Below are positions 25,645-39,146 of a stretch of DNA of 64,000 bases, in pieces; the first letter of the stretch is position 1, and each line of letters starts with the position of its first letter. Source of the DNA: Eremomyces bilateralis CBS 781.70. Its lineage: Eukaryota. A program made the translations under genes and the position numbers. The stretch lies in the NCBI GenBank assembly GCA_010015585.1, contig ML975150.1. One strand, given 5' to 3'. The notes under the pieces are model-generated. The model did not search any database and was not told where the DNA came from. It saw nothing but the letters and a program-made list of their open reading frames with translations.

Positions 25645-28600
25645 TCAGAACAACACCTCCCCCACCTCCTCGCTCCCCGCCCTCGTCCTCCCCTTCCCAT
25701 CCCCCCCCGGCGCATTCAACAACCCCTCCTTCCCCATCGTCGAACTCACATCCTCCGTCTCCGCCCCCTCCAGTAAATCCCGATCCGCCGCCCGCACGCT
25801 CCGCTGATCCGCATCCCCACCGTACGCTCCGCCCGGCGTCCGCTCGTCCGGCTCCGCCTCGTCCTCCTCATCCTCCTCCTGCGCAGCCCCTCGATCCAGC
25901 TCCTTCTGCGCCTCGTCCATTCGCCGCCGAATGTCCGTCGCCACGCGCATCCCGTCGGTGACGATGTTATCCAGCACGCCACGCAGGCCCTTTCCAGGCG
26001 GAACGACGCCGGCGGTGGAGGGGAGCGGGCTGCTTGGGCCGGCGCCGACGCCCGGGGTGAAGCGGCCTAGGTTGGCGAAGGTGGTGAGGGTGGAAGAGGC
26101 GGTGGCGGCGGGGGCGTCGGAGAGGCGGAAGGAGTTGGCGAGAGCGCGGTCGAAGAAGTGCTCGAGGGTTTCGTCGGCGAGGACGAGCATGCGGAAGGTG
26201 GGGAGGGTGATGGAGAGAGGGTTGGAGGGGTCGAGGGCCGCGTTGGCGGCGGCGGGGTCGCGGCGGGGGAGGGAGGAGGCCGAGTCGCTGGGGGTTTCGG
26301 AGGTGGACGCGCCGTTTGGCGGGGAAGAGGCGTGCTCGGGCTTGGGGGTTGAGGTGGAGGTACCGTCAATCTCGATGAGGGCTTCGTCTTCGTCTTCCTC
26401 TTCCTCTTCGTCTTCACCAATGCCGAAGTTGCTCAGTGCCGACGTAGAGTCATCGATTTGCTTGGAAGGATGGTCGGCGTCTGCATATTCGAAGCAGCGT
26501 CTGATAAAGGCGGAGACACTCGACAGGAATTGTTCATCCCGATTCTCAATGCGAAGTTCGTCCGCTTCTATGCTGCTTCCCATCCTTGCGTCCGATTGCG
26601 GACTCGCTGCGGGGAATGGAGTCTCAAACCCTCTTCTTGACAGGAACAGCAATGCTTCAGACATGCTAAGGATGCCTTCGCGGTCTATCTTCCCATCTCC
26701 ATCATCGTCGTACAAATCGAAGAAATAGCTGATGTTGGCCATGATGTCTTTCGTGCCTTTCATATGGGCGAGACCGGTGACAACATTTTGCAGGGTGAGC
26801 GTGTCGACCGAATCGACATCCCATTTCCGGAAAAGCCGCTTCATGAAATCGTGATCGGCTGGCTCGGGGCCGGCGCCCCACGGAGAAATGGTAAGGCTCC
26901 GAGATCTCATACTATTCCCGAAATATGATGCCTTTTCACCATCGACATGGGACGAGGGTGACGAAGGCGAGTCGGTGACTGCCCATTTTGCAATACCTGG
27001 CACCAAATTAGCAGCTGAAGGCCGCTAGGAAGATCGCGGAGATAGACTCACCAGCAAGGAACTCTCTGAAAGCAGCGTAGTCCATTTGTGTCGGACTTGG
27101 ACCAAGAGCAACCCTACCCATCTCCGGCTCGTCGCCAGATACACCTGACACAACTTCTGTTGCTTTTATTCGGCCACTCTTCTTTTTCCTATCCATCTCT
27201 TGCTGGATCATTTGCGTTCGCTGCTGGCGTTCATAGAGGACACCATAGAAACGGTCGTAGAGGAATCCGAGATCGTTTAGACTTAGTCGCTTACTATCCG
27301 GCCCAAGGTTCCGTATTGACGTCCGCTTTGCGAAGTTCTCGATGTTTTCTAGGACCGCGTCTTTATGTTTCGCTCGCTGTTCGGATATGGTTCCCTGTGT
27401 GATGCCGGAGAATTCTTTGAACGCCACCACCATTAACTCCTGAAACCGCGTAACCGCTCGTAATTTCGGGTTCTCTGATTTCGGATGCGCCGACTCGTCA
27501 AGGCGTGAGAAGTACGTCTTGAGAACGGATATGAACGTTCCGTCGTCGGCCGCGTCGAGCAGCTCTTCGCCGTTTATGCGGAGAATGGCCAATCCAATCT
27601 GAAACAAGACTTTCGGCCCTTCCAGGAAGAATACGTCGAGGACACGGTATGCAAAAATGAGAGGCATGGAGTTGATATACAGTGACAAAAACCAGGGTAG
27701 GGAAACCACCGAAAGCTGCACGTCAGACTTCACCAAATGATCCCACAGGATGGGCATCGTCCCCTCGACCAGTGATTCGAAGACTTTCTGATCGAGAAGG
27801 GTGCCATACATGGTCATCGAATAGTATCCCGGGAGCATTCGATCGCAGAGCACGGACAAAACGAAAAATGCCTGTGCTTCGGACATGTATATCAGAAGTG
27901 CCGCCACGACGATGTTCATTGCCTGGCAATAGCCAACTTCCGGGTTCAACCAGCTGTACGCAACGAGAACACGGCGCAATCGGCCAATTCCTTCCTCGCT
28001 CTGGAATCCCGGGTACTCCGGCAAACTCCTGTTCAGGTCTTTCTCAATCTCATCGATTGCAAGGGACTGTTTCCCCTCGTGCTCCTTGAGCATCTCCGCA
28101 TATAGATCCGGATTCTGGAATCGAAGAAACAGAGAGCCGGACGTGAGTTCCCAGATCTCGCCTCGAAGTCGGTTCGGCAATCCCACGCGAATCAGCTTAT
28201 GAAATGTCGGTTGGCGGACTATGGTGGCATTCCGCCCATTTTCACGCATGTACTCCTTCCAAAGACGCATCTTCGCTTTGTCCCTCAGCTTCCGTGCATC
28301 GCCAGGATAGCGATATATCGCACCGAGGCCGGTGTCCGGGGGATCCCGCTGTGTTGTGGTAGACCCCTCCTTGTCAGACGTGGCTGTATCCGCTAAATGA
28401 TACTCCGAGTACAATTCTCCCACCACCTTATTCAGGTTCTGAGTATCCTTGTATGCTGCCCGGAGCCCTTTCTTCAACCCATCGCAGAATCGTTCGCATT
28501 GCTGTCGGCTGCCGGCAAGCTGCACGATCAATCTCTGTGGGTTCGGATTCGTCGATTGCTTTTTATCCACGTCCCGGTAGCCGTTTGATGTGGTGATGGC

Positions 28601-29047
28601 GAGGGAGAACTGGAAGCTCTGGCTATTCAATCGCTCGACCCTTCGAACGGCACACAGGGGCAACGTGAATCCATTCCCAGAAGGTCCCGTGCCGTGCGTC
28701 TGACCTGTAAAACTACTCGAAGAACTGGTGGTTGCCGTGCTCAGGAAGCTGGACCCTTGCGTCGAAAAACAGATATAGTGTTCGCTGAGGTGCAACCGTC
28801 CGACATAATGGTTCCCTCTCAGCTGACTGCTAACGTCGTTGGCGTCTTGTGGTTGTCGGCCGCTTCGGGGTAACGGCAGCGTGAGCTCCGATGTGATCTC
28901 ATACAAAGGGGATTCGCTGTCCGGCAGGCGGAATTGATGCTGGAACAAGGTGGATTTCGAGGGTGACTTGGACGGGGAGGCAGTAAGACCGGCGGTATCG
29001 ATCAAGGTCTGGGCCTTCTGGACGAGGGAGGTGAAGTTGTTGAACAT
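25645..29047 (-). CDS. GYP2: Rab GTPase-activating protein (GRAM-TBC-EF-hand), Gyp2/Mdr1-like
   Basis: IRVGLPNRLRGEIW, IEKDLNRSLP, GYCQAMN TBC motifs; EF-hand DDDGDGKIDRE; intron near 27.0 kb. Confidence 0.9.
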
Positions 29048-29733
29048 GGTGGAAGGTCGAGTCCAAGACGCGAGGTCCGGAACATGTTATATGCTGTACT
29101 TAACGACTAGCTGGCGGGCTCTTCAAAAGGTGGTTGATACATGGAAAAAGGGTAATTGTGAGTGCGGCTATGTGACGTTGGACATCGGAAACAATGGAGA
29201 AGAGGTGGGAAACGTTTTAACGGTACGTGACGCTCAGCAAGCTCCAAGCTGCTAGAAGCTTAAACGGTTAAATCTCCCGCCTCCCCGCGCTTTAAGGCTT
29301 TCTGCAGCCACACATGGTACGGAGTAATAATGTACCATCTTACGGCGCTTCATCCTCCCTGGCGTTAACACTTCCAACCTCCAGTTATGAGAACACCCAA
29401 GTTATGTCCACGGGTATTGTAGCCCATGGTGTTCAAGCGGATCTCATCATTCAATGTATGCATTGCAGGTAGGTCTCCTTCCTGAAGCTGTGCAGTGCAT
29501 GCTCTATCCACGACCATACCAAACCTCACAGTCCTCCATCCGATTGGGGGCCATCCCTGGCTGCATGATCACCTTCACAGCCGCCGGAGGAGGCTCAGCG
29601 GTTGCTGCGTTGCTGGACTAGTCTTTTAGCGATGGTGCAACAGACGAGGTATGAACCTCCGACGTCTTCGACGGGGCTGTCCTTCGTAGTAGATTTTGAA
29701 GTCTCCCTTCTCTGTTTTCCACGGTATGTTTCC

Positions 29734-31686
29734 ATGGATGATTGAGAGCACGTTACTGGTATGGATCCATTATCAATAGCCGCGGGCGCAACCGGGCTCG
29801 TCACTGCCTGTGTAAAGGTAGGCGACCGCATTGGCATTTCCCGTTGTATGTATATCGTTTGAATTGACCGGATGTGCAGATCTCTGCCGCCCTTTATACA
29901 TTCATCGACGACACTCGACATGTAGATGACAACCTAGTTGCGCTAAACGACGAAGTCCTCGGACTGTCGCGAGTACTGGGCGCAATATGCAAGAGTTGGA
30001 AACAAAGTCCGCTAACAGCGATAGCCCAAGCTGATCCAGATGGGTCGCTCTGGTCTAGTGTCAAGGCCTCACTTGATGACTGTGGGAGGACTTTGGGGAG
30101 ACTCGAGAAGAACGTGAATGATATCCAACAAAAGGATAGCTTTTTCGGGCGCCTGAAGGTCACAAGGTCTATCCGATTCAATCTGAAGGCAAAGGATGTT
30201 ATGGTCTTTCGTCAGCAGATCCAAACCTACAACGGCGCCATGCAAAGCTCCCTACAAATGATAAATGTGTTCGTAATGTCTCCGATCATCTGCATTCATG
30301 TACTAACTTGGACTCCCAAGGTGCCTACTCATATATGGACAATCTTCCCAAGACATGGTTATTCGTGGCCTTGACGGTCTCAAGGACCAACTTGGACGGC
30401 TCGAGTCCGAAATCGGGACCATGAATGCTCTGCAGGTTCCTGATGCATCCGGCCAAGAGATCCAATTCAACAGAAAAGTTACAGATACTTTACGACGCCT
30501 CGCAAGGGCAGCAGAAACCTTTCACTCAAGTGCTAGCACAGTAGCAGGTGGATCAACTGTTTGGGGAGGAAGCGTTTCCGGAGAACCTCTCCATCCTGAC
30601 CAATACCGCAGTATCGAAGAATGGATCCCTCCTCCTATTGAAGAAGAGTCTCCCGTGGAAACAGTATCGGAGACATCGAGGGTGACGTCGCCGTCTGCCA
30701 ACTCGTCGATAAACTATACCCTGTCGAAAACCATGAGGGCGACGACGCCATCTACAAATGTGTCGACCAATGTCCCAACAGCCCCTTCTACTATCCTGCC
30801 GGATGAGCATCCCGCAAATGAATCCGAGGACTCAGAATTAGATGTGGAAGCGGAACTGGCCAAGAAATTCGAAGAACTCGCATTGAGCAATTTTCGTCGG
30901 GAAGATTACTCGAAAGCAGAGCTGTTCCTAAGAAAGCTCGCTGCTCGATATAAAAACGACCAAGAATCGCCGGCAGCCATCGCCTCGATCGATTTGAAGA
31001 TTGCGTTCGCATGCTGTATGCAGTGGCGATGGGATGAGGCGGAGGCCATCGCATTCCCGTTGACGACGGGGAAAAGTCGCATTGATATCGCGCCTTTCCA
31101 CCTCCTTCATGCCATCGCATTGCAACGAATGAACGATGGAGGTGATGAGGGGCTCGGAAAAGCAATGAAGCTCTGCAAGAGAGCGCTGGGGGGTAAAAAG
31201 AAGCTTCTTGGGAAAAACAGCGAGTCGTTTCGCCAGACTACCGAACTGCTGGGCCGTATTTATGAAGCACAAGGAAACCACATCGAAGCGGAAGCCTGTC
31301 GTGAGCTCTACCCGGCCCCGGCTTATGCGGATGACAGCCCGGCTCGACTCGACGCTCGCAATTACTTGACGGAAAACGTAGACTTGCAGGTTAAGTCTCT
31401 CCCTCCGCCCGAGAACCCGAAAGGACCGTTATTAGGAGATATTCAAAGTTCCGGAGGATTATCCCCTCAGCGCGTCCCCCTTGAAGGAGAAACGTCGAGT
31501 CCATCAGCCCTGTTGCCCTCGAGAGACGAACCTCGTGACACCAATGAGGGCGCTACTACTTTGTTCGATCGGGAACGACTAGCTAGCTCAACCCAGAGTA
31601 GAAGCCCCTTCGGCCGCCATCCCCCCGCGCCCCGCGCCCTCTCGCCCCCTGGCCCCCCTTCCGCCCAGCTGTCTCGGACTAGGTGA
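29734..31686 (+). CDS. HeLo-like (fungal STAND N-terminal) domain plus TPR-like helical protein, multi-exon
   Basis: MDPLSIAAGATGLVTACVKIS N-terminal helix, L.DC..TL..LE; later AMKLCKRALGGKKKLLGK...LLGRIYEAQG TPR-like helices; no P-loop seen. Confidence 0.7.
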
Positions 31687-32904
31687 GATCATATCGAACA
31701 CATTAGAGCTACCCGAGACCCCAAGGCGAGCATTGATCCAAGCGCAGTGGCGACCAGCGCGGATTGGGTCCAGAGAGCCAATACACCATAACGAATAACG
31801 GAGGCTTGTCCTACTCTAGGGTGGCCAGCTCGCTTTTCCTTACAACCAGACTACGGATGATAGGAAGTTAGGAATTCGGCAGCCGCCAACCAGGAATACC
31901 CATCCAAAAAGGGCTACGCTTGAGGACTTCATCGTTGTGCAGGGCCTGTCGGTGGTTAAGGCGCCGCCATCGTCAACAAGCCCAGCAGCGACAATATCAA
32001 GACGACCTCCGGTTTTAGCGCTTTTTGCTTGCCTACGATGTCTCGGTTTCCTTCTACATCGGGCATTGGAAAGCTCTAAATAAAGGACGAAGCTAGGACG
32101 CTGCCATCGTTCCTACTGGATACCCCCATCGCCCGATTCAAGTGAAGCAATAAATTAACATTCATAAGCATCAGTGCATGACAGTCTATTGGCATTTGAC
32201 AGGCCCGTCATCCGACGTACCTGCGTATCCACGTGTTTCATAGCCTCCCAACTCCCTAATCCCAACGGCCCAGGCCCCAACCCCATGAATTGCAACCTTT
32301 TTTTGGCCATGGCTAGACGGAAATTGGCTTCGGCGGCAAGGGTCGATGGCTGACACATCGCGGGGAACTGGGGGTTTGACGGTCTCCCGCTGCATAAATT
32401 GCATTCCTCTAAGCGAGTGCAACGAGGTCGAGACAAGCCCCTTCGTGGAATTCGATGCGACTGGGCCACCTCGGTAGGGCTCCCATGTCGGATAATTTCC
32501 GTCCCCCGAGCCAGGAACTAGCCACCCGCTACCAATCGGCACCACTGCTCCACACCACGATCCAGGTCACGATCCAATGTCCCTCCATCTCGATATGAAC
32601 TCTGGGCCTCTCGTCTCTCTTCACCTTGTCGTCGACCAGCCTCACCAATCTTTGTCTGCATCCCCCGCCCTGCGGTTTGTCGGTCATTACCAACACAATC
32701 ACTTAGAATCGTCGAACTCGTTCGACTTGTCACTCGTTTTCTTCAATTTTTTGAAGTTCCACCGGCTTCGAGCCTTGCACGATCTTTAGTTATATCCGAG
32801 GAACCACGCTACAGGCAACCCGCTCTGCTGGAAAACCGCGTATCGCGACGTCCATTATTATTTTTATATCAATTCATATTTACTTGTGAATATCTATACC
32901 CAAG

Positions 32905-33716
32905 ATGCGATTCTCCACCGTTTTCGCCCCGTTCATAGCGTTGACTGTCACGGTCTTGGGACCCTTCGCTTTTGCGACCATGCAACCCCTCGACATGCAG
33001 AACTCCGGAAACTCCCTCGCGCGCATGGCGTTCGACTTAAAGGACCTTATCGCTACAATCAACGAGTCGCAGAATGGAGGTGCCATGAGTGTACGGACAT
33101 CCGGACGTCTTGAGTGTATGGATTGGTCCCGCTAACTCGAATTGTCTCGAACTAGGACGTCTTCGACGAATTCGACGACATCTTCGACAGCGTCCTGTCG
33201 AACATCTCCCTGCTGACCGGCACCGCTGTCGTCACCGATCCCCTCGACGTACAACTCGTTTACGAGGCATACTCCAACGTGAGTCGTAGTGCTTGAGAAA
33301 CCATCGGATCCATTCGTTCTGACCCTATTCAGTTCGTCCAAGGCGTCTTCGAGCTCATGGACGGCGTCGCCGACAGCGCCCCCACATTCATCCAACTCGA
33401 CAAGCAGAACGAGTTCCGTATCCCCGCCGCCGTGCGTGAACTCAGCGGCGTCGTCGATGTAAGTATCCTGATTGGAAACCTAAGTCGCTGCCATCCCTCA
33501 AAGCTGACAATTTCCCAGGCATACTTGTTCAACATGATCGGCATCTTCCCGTCGAACAGCAGCTACGCCTACCAGAGCGCCAACCAGAAGTCCCAGGTCG
33601 ACACGCACCTTCGCCGCGCCGTCCATTCGTACCATCTTGCGACCGCGAGGACACCCACCCCATACTCGAATACCTCAGCGCTTCCGGAGCGCCGACGACA
33701 TAGGCTGGGGGCGTAA
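32905..33716 (+). CDS. Small secreted helical protein, 4 exons
   Basis: Signal peptide MRFSTVFAPFIALTVTVLG; introns near 33090-33155, 33280-33332 and 33459-33518 restore one frame. Confidence 0.65.
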
Positions 33717-33906
33717 TGTCCGACGCTGTAATCCCAAACAGGATCGGTCCCTGTAATTTCTTGGCCATATATTCGGAGGAATCGGCGTTGATCTATACGG
33801 TTCGAGAATATAGACACGCCCATTTCGTTGTGCTTTGCTTCTATGTAATTATTAGTTGGGTCACCATTTCGGAGGAGGATATAATGTCCATAAAATTTGG
33901 CTCACC

Positions 33907-34575
33907 TCAGTTCTGCCGCGGCTTGACGATCCCGTCGTGCGTGATGTAGAACACGATAGTGCTGTCGTCGTCCACCGTCGCCAGCAGCACGCGTTTCGTC
34001 GTCCTCCATTTGTTCTTCAGGACAGGTTCGCCACTGCTCGTTTCTCGAGCCGAACCACTGCCAGCGTTCGCCGGCTGCCCCTCTTGAGGGAACAGTTCCG
34101 TCCCTGCCTGCGGATCGTCTACCTCTGGCGGCTCATGCGATACCTCATCGAACACCGCCGCCATCTGCTTCAAGCTCCACCGCTCCCTCAAATGTGTCGG
34201 CAAGATCCACTCGCGCTCCGGCTCCGGCTCCTCATCATCCTCATCCTCATCCGCAGCATCTCCACCGCCGTTTTTCCTCGCCTCCCGCCGCTGATCCCCC
34301 AGCTTCACCTGTTCGATCTGCTCGTCGGGATGCACATAGATCCGCCGCGGCGGCAGCCCTGAGATCAGCGGACGCGGGAGCGGCGCAAAGGGAGTGGTCG
34401 GGGAGGTGTGGTGGATGGTGATCTGCTCCCATTGGTGCTGGTAGCGGAGGTTATGGGCCACTTGGAGCGCGAGGTGGAGGTATGGATCGGGGGCAGGAGA
34501 TCGGTCGGCGAGGCGGTAGGATGAGATGAAGGTTTGCAGAGGGCTCGCGGCGGGCGGGGAGGTGGGTTTTGACAT
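33907..34575 (-). CDS. SEN15: tRNA-splicing endonuclease subunit Sen15
   Basis: HNLRYQHQW, LISGLPPRRIYVHPDEQ, EWILPTHL.E.WSL, C-terminal LATVDDDSTIVFYITHDGIVKPRQN. Confidence 0.9.
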   Translation of the reverse strand: MSKPTSPPAASPLQTFISSYRLADRSPAPDPYLHLALQVAHNLRYQHQWEQITIHHTSPTTPFAPLPRPLISGLPPRRIYVHPDEQIEQVKLGDQRREARKNGGGDAADEDEDDEEPEPEREWILPTHLRERWSLKQMAAVFDEVSHEPPEVDDPQAGTELFPQEGQPANAGSGSARETSSGEPVLKNKWRTTKRVLLATVDDDSTIVFYITHDGIVKPRQN

Positions 34576-35389
34576 GTTGGAATCTAGGTCTTTAGGCGTC
34601 CACGGAGGTTCATTGCGGAACAGATCGAGAGGTTGATCGTGCAGTCATAAGCACAAAATTCACGGGCTTCCGCTGGGAAATTTCCAGATGGGATTCAACG
34701 CGGGCGATGATTGGCTGAAATTGGAAGTCTGGAGTAGTGAGCCGGCGAATCTGCAGCTAGCTCTTTATGGAATAGTGTAATATTAGCGCACTAATGGTTG
34801 CAAGGCTAACCAAATAGGGAAGAATTTTATTCGATAATTACCAGTAACGGCCGTAATATTTGACCATGGTCGCGATTTGGGGGAATGTTGAGCAGTTCGT
34901 CATCTTTCCGCCCCCAACTGAACTTCCTAGAGACAGGCCCAGATAGGATCGGCAGGATTCGTGTTCAACGAAATGTATTAATATTGCTTGATTTATATGT
35001 AGTGCAGTCGGCAGTGCCATCTTCCACTCCTCATCTCTGCTTCTTCTCCTTACAATCGGGTTTTGGATATCTCATAGGGCCTAGCATCCAAAACCGGTTT
35101 ATACAGTCGTCAACAAGGGTCTCAAGACCATTGCTGGGGTGATCGCATTCGCGTTCAACTGAACAATCATTGTGCTACTACCTACGTCAATTGCCACTGC
35201 CGCAAACTTGGAATCGCTTTCTAGCCGATTGGAGAATTAAGGGCACGTTGAGGACCTCGTCTACGATCAAAATTAAGCCGTCTCGCCAGACCGCCTGGGA
35301 AGCATGCCCTTCCATCTCAAAGACAACCACAGTGTTCACTGAACATTCATACGGAGGCTAGGAGCATCGACAAGTCCGTTATAGCGGAG

Positions 35390-36931
35390 ATGACGTCCAA
35401 CGACGCTTCGCAATCCTCTTCCTCCCGTTCTCCGCCGCAAGATGCTCTTCCCCAGACATCGCACCCCCTACCGCCGACCATGCCTTCCGCTCCCTCGCCC
35501 TCGCGGCCTCATTTCCCAGCCCCTGGACGCACCACCACCGCATCATCATCCACATCCAGGACATCTATTGCTACAGCGGGCACCCGATTACGATCCGCAT
35601 CGCAGAAACTGCTGGACGCCGACGTGCCGCTCGGATTCATGTCGGCGAGCGGCGCCGTCGTATCGAAGGCCCCGACGTTGGCGGATATCCGCACGGGAGG
35701 TTTTGGGTTGAATGGATGGACCGGGGAGGGACAGGATCGCTCACCGAGGAGGAGAGGTAGTGGAAGCGGTGGAGTACTGGGGCCGCCGTCAAGAAAGGCG
35801 ACGGGAGGACTTGAGTCGGAGCCGTTCCCCGTTGTGAAGGAGGAGTCGCATGTGGCCAACCCAGAGAAACCCGCACACAATCATCCCGAGCACGCACAAT
35901 TCGAGCCACAAGAGGGGAAGAACAAAGACTTTGGCGTTCAGTCCATTACCAAATCCACCACCACCTCCACCGAACCCCCTCCCGGCCTCCCTCGACGAGT
36001 CACATACGGCTACGTCCCCCCTCCCCACGTCCCCTGGACGACCAGCACCGCCATCGCCCTAAAAGCCTTCCTCCACTGGTTCATCACCCCCTTCGGCTTC
36101 CTCATCACCCTCTACGGCCTCAACATCGTCGCCTGGGGCGGCATGCTCTTCCTCCTCCTCTGCAACGCCGCCCCCGCCATGTGCCACCCCTCCTGCAACG
36201 ACATCAACTCCCCCCGCCGCATCTGGATCGAAATCGACTCGCAGATCCTGAACGGTCTATTTTGCGTCACCGGCTTCGGCCTGATCCCGTGGCGCTTCCG
36301 CGATCTCTACTGGTGGGCCGTGTGGCGGCTGGGGATCCGTGGTGGAGCGCGCGAGAAGCGCATGGGCGGCATCCGCCGGCTGGCGGGCATTCATCGCGGT
36401 TGGTATCGATTGGCCGGCAGCGAAAAGCGGCCGTTGACTGCGTCGGCTGCGCCGACCAAGTCAGAACAGGGAGTCGACACGCCGGACGATCTGAACGAGG
36501 CATTGCCGATCCCTCCGTCCAAACAGCCGGATGATCCGCTCACCGGCGTACGTGCCACGCCGACCCGTCCGTGGAAGATGGACTTCGTGGTCTTGATGAA
36601 TGTCGCGAACACGTTCCTGCAAGCGTGCCTCGCAGGGTTCATGTGGGGATTGAACCGGTACGATCGGCCGTCGTGGTCGACAGGATTCTTCGTGGCGTTG
36701 GCGTGCATCGCGGCCGCTGCGGGGGGGTTGATGATATTTCATGAGGGTAAGCGAGCAATGTATCTTGATGTTCGAGACAATGGCTGATGGTGAATAGGCA
36801 AATGCGTGAAGAAAGTTGAGGGGCTGGCGCCGAAACTTGATCCGAAACCCAAAGATGTCGAGAGGGCCGAAGTCTCGAATGATGAGAAACCCGCCATCGA
36901 CGACCGGAAGTCGCATGCTACAAGCAGATAG
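35390..36931 (+). CDS. DUF2985-like integral membrane protein
   Basis: ITLYGLNIVAWGGMLFLLL, SPRRIWIEIDSQILNGLFCVTGFG, MWGLNRYDRPSW; late intron near 36748-36798. Confidence 0.75.
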
Positions 36932-38003
36932 CGATCCTTTTGACTAGTCCAATCCATTTTCAATATTTCTATGAGCCGTTTTTAATGTTGCTTTTGTCTA
37001 TCCCTTGAGCCTGGTCTACTTTCCGTAGTCCATTAAAGATATAGACCTTACTGCTTGAGCCGCCATTGTACCATTAAGCCTGCACTGGTTCATGACGCTC
37101 TCATTCACTCTCGATGTCTTACTAACCAGTATGTCGACCTTCTTCAGCCACTTAAGACAGGCGAACTAATTACTACATCGATGAATTTCGGGTCTAAGGA
37201 GGCATATTCACGTCTAAGGCACTATCTCACTGCAGGAAAGCGCATGCATGGCTGCGGCAAGGATGGAGGCCGCCACTGAAATCACTCCACTGCCACCGGA
37301 TTTGACACCGGCAATTCCTTTCATATCCTTGGGAATATAAATGGACTATTTCATTGAGTTTCTGGACGGGGACAGACTACCACAAAGGCATTGGATCGGA
37401 ATAGGCACCCTTGGATGGGATTGACGGACGTGAGGGAGCGGGTGGGAGATTTTGTATCTGGAAAAATCCCCACCTTAAGGGTGAAACTCAAGGGCGAAAA
37501 GATGGCGTTCTGCCGCTAATATGGACATTTAAATGTCTAACTGCCCGATCAAGTTACCATGGCATTAACAATTAACCATCTAAGAAATCTAGTAAGATGG
37601 CGGTCGAGGCCGGTCTACAGACTTGTACTTCGTTGGGCGTGCAGCTTGCTGGTCCTCTCCACATTTATGAATACGCACATGCGAGGCTGTTGGAGGATTG
37701 AGAGCTTGGATTGATATAAATCCCAATACATACCTCCAATATCAATTTCGTGAGAATCAAACTCAAGACTTTCCTGTCATTATTCTCAATTCCTAATCGT
37801 TGATGTGGAAGCGATCATTCAACGTTTTAAGCCCGTTGGAAATTGACACATTCGCAGTCACATCCCGTGCAATACCGCGATTAAAGTCGCTCTCTTCAGC
37901 GACCTTCACCAGGACGACTCCTAATCAGCAAACCAGTACACCCGAACTTTCCTCCTTTAATATCAAGGTCCCCCTTCTGACTCTCTCCTCCCAGCCGACC
38001 AAC

Positions 38004-39038
38004 ATGTCCGCCCCTCCCAAAGAAGACATCCAAACGATGCACCACCACATCGTGGGCCTCGAAGAGATCCATACCCCCTACCCCACCCCCTCCTTTCCCC
38101 ACCCGTACACCCAAACCAACCACCACACCACCTCCCCCTCCGAACTCCGCTCCCGCATTGCCGATGCCACCATTCTTATCGCCACCACCGTCAAACTCAC
38201 CGCCGACATCCTCCGCCCCTCCGTCACCCCGCGCCTCCGCCACATCGCCGTCATGGCCAGCGGCACTGACCACGTCGACCTCACGGCCGCCCAGGCGCGA
38301 GGGATCCGCGTCACCAACACGCCCGGCGTGATGATGGAGGCGGTGGCGGAGCACGCGGTGGGGCTGTACTTCGCGGCGCGGCGGCGGATCGTGCGGACGA
38401 TGGACCTGAGCGTGGGGCGGGCGACTGAGTGGAAGACGCGGGAGAGCGTGGCGGGGCGGATGCACATGGCGGATGGGGGTGCGCCATTGACGTGTCGGGA
38501 GGAGGTGGTGGGGGTGGTGGGGTGGGGGAAGATTGGGCGGGAGATTGGGCGGTTGATGAGCGCGTTGGGAATGAGGGTGGTGGTGGCGGGGAGAAAGGGC
38601 GCGACCGGGGGGGAGGTGGGGGAGGGGAGGGTGGAGTTTGAGGAAGTGTTGAGGACGTGTACAGTAGTGGTGTTGGTGGTGCCGAGGAAGAAGGAGACGA
38701 CGGGGTTGATTGGGGAGAGAGAATTGGGGATGATGAGGAAGGAGGCGGTGATTGTGAATGTTGCGAGAGGTGGGATCGTCGATGAGGAGGCCATGGTGAA
38801 AGCGTTAAGAGATGGGACCATTAGTGGATACGCTACGGATGTTTTTCGAGTCGAGCCGGCCGACGAAGAGGATACGCCGATCTTGAGCGAAGAGATCATT
38901 CGAAACGAGGGGTTGAATATCACGGCCACTCCACATGTTGCCTGGTATGGCGACAGTACGCAAAAGAACCTCAACAGGGTTCTAAAGGAGAACATAGAGA
39001 AATGGGTACGCGGGGAGGACCAGAACATCATTGTATAA
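38004..39038 (+). CDS. D-isomer-specific 2-hydroxyacid dehydrogenase (glycerate dehydrogenase-like)
   Basis: GTDHVDL, AVAEHA, GVVGWGKIG, VNVARGGIVDE, DVFRVEP, TPHVAW. Confidence 0.9.
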   Translation: MSAPPKEDIQTMHHHIVGLEEIHTPYPTPSFPHPYTQTNHHTTSPSELRSRIADATILIATTVKLTADILRPSVTPRLRHIAVMASGTDHVDLTAAQARGIRVTNTPGVMMEAVAEHAVGLYFAARRRIVRTMDLSVGRATEWKTRESVAGRMHMADGGAPLTCREEVVGVVGWGKIGREIGRLMSALGMRVVVAGRKGATGGEVGEGRVEFEEVLRTCTVVVLVVPRKKETTGLIGERELGMMRKEAVIVNVARGGIVDEEAMVKALRDGTISGYATDVFRVEPADEEDTPILSEEIIRNEGLNITATPHVAWYGDSTQKNLNRVLKENIEKWVRGEDQNIIV

Positions 39039-39146
39039 TGCATTCGTAATTAGATATTAGTCAGATAGCTAACCCCATATCAAGCGTTTATTGACATGGA
39101 TCCAGAAGGTTGCTCTGCAAGAGGTGAAGTATAGGTGACGCAGAGA

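Noticed and set aside
1404..34575. Three tRNA-related genes (TAD1, TYS1, SEN15) as a functional cluster
   Set aside because: SEN15 is about 29 kb away with unrelated genes between; nothing beyond chance or ancestral synteny
38078..39043. 321-aa antisense ORF, and similar ones such as 25931-26728
   Set aside because: Shadow frames of GC-rich real genes with no motifs of their own
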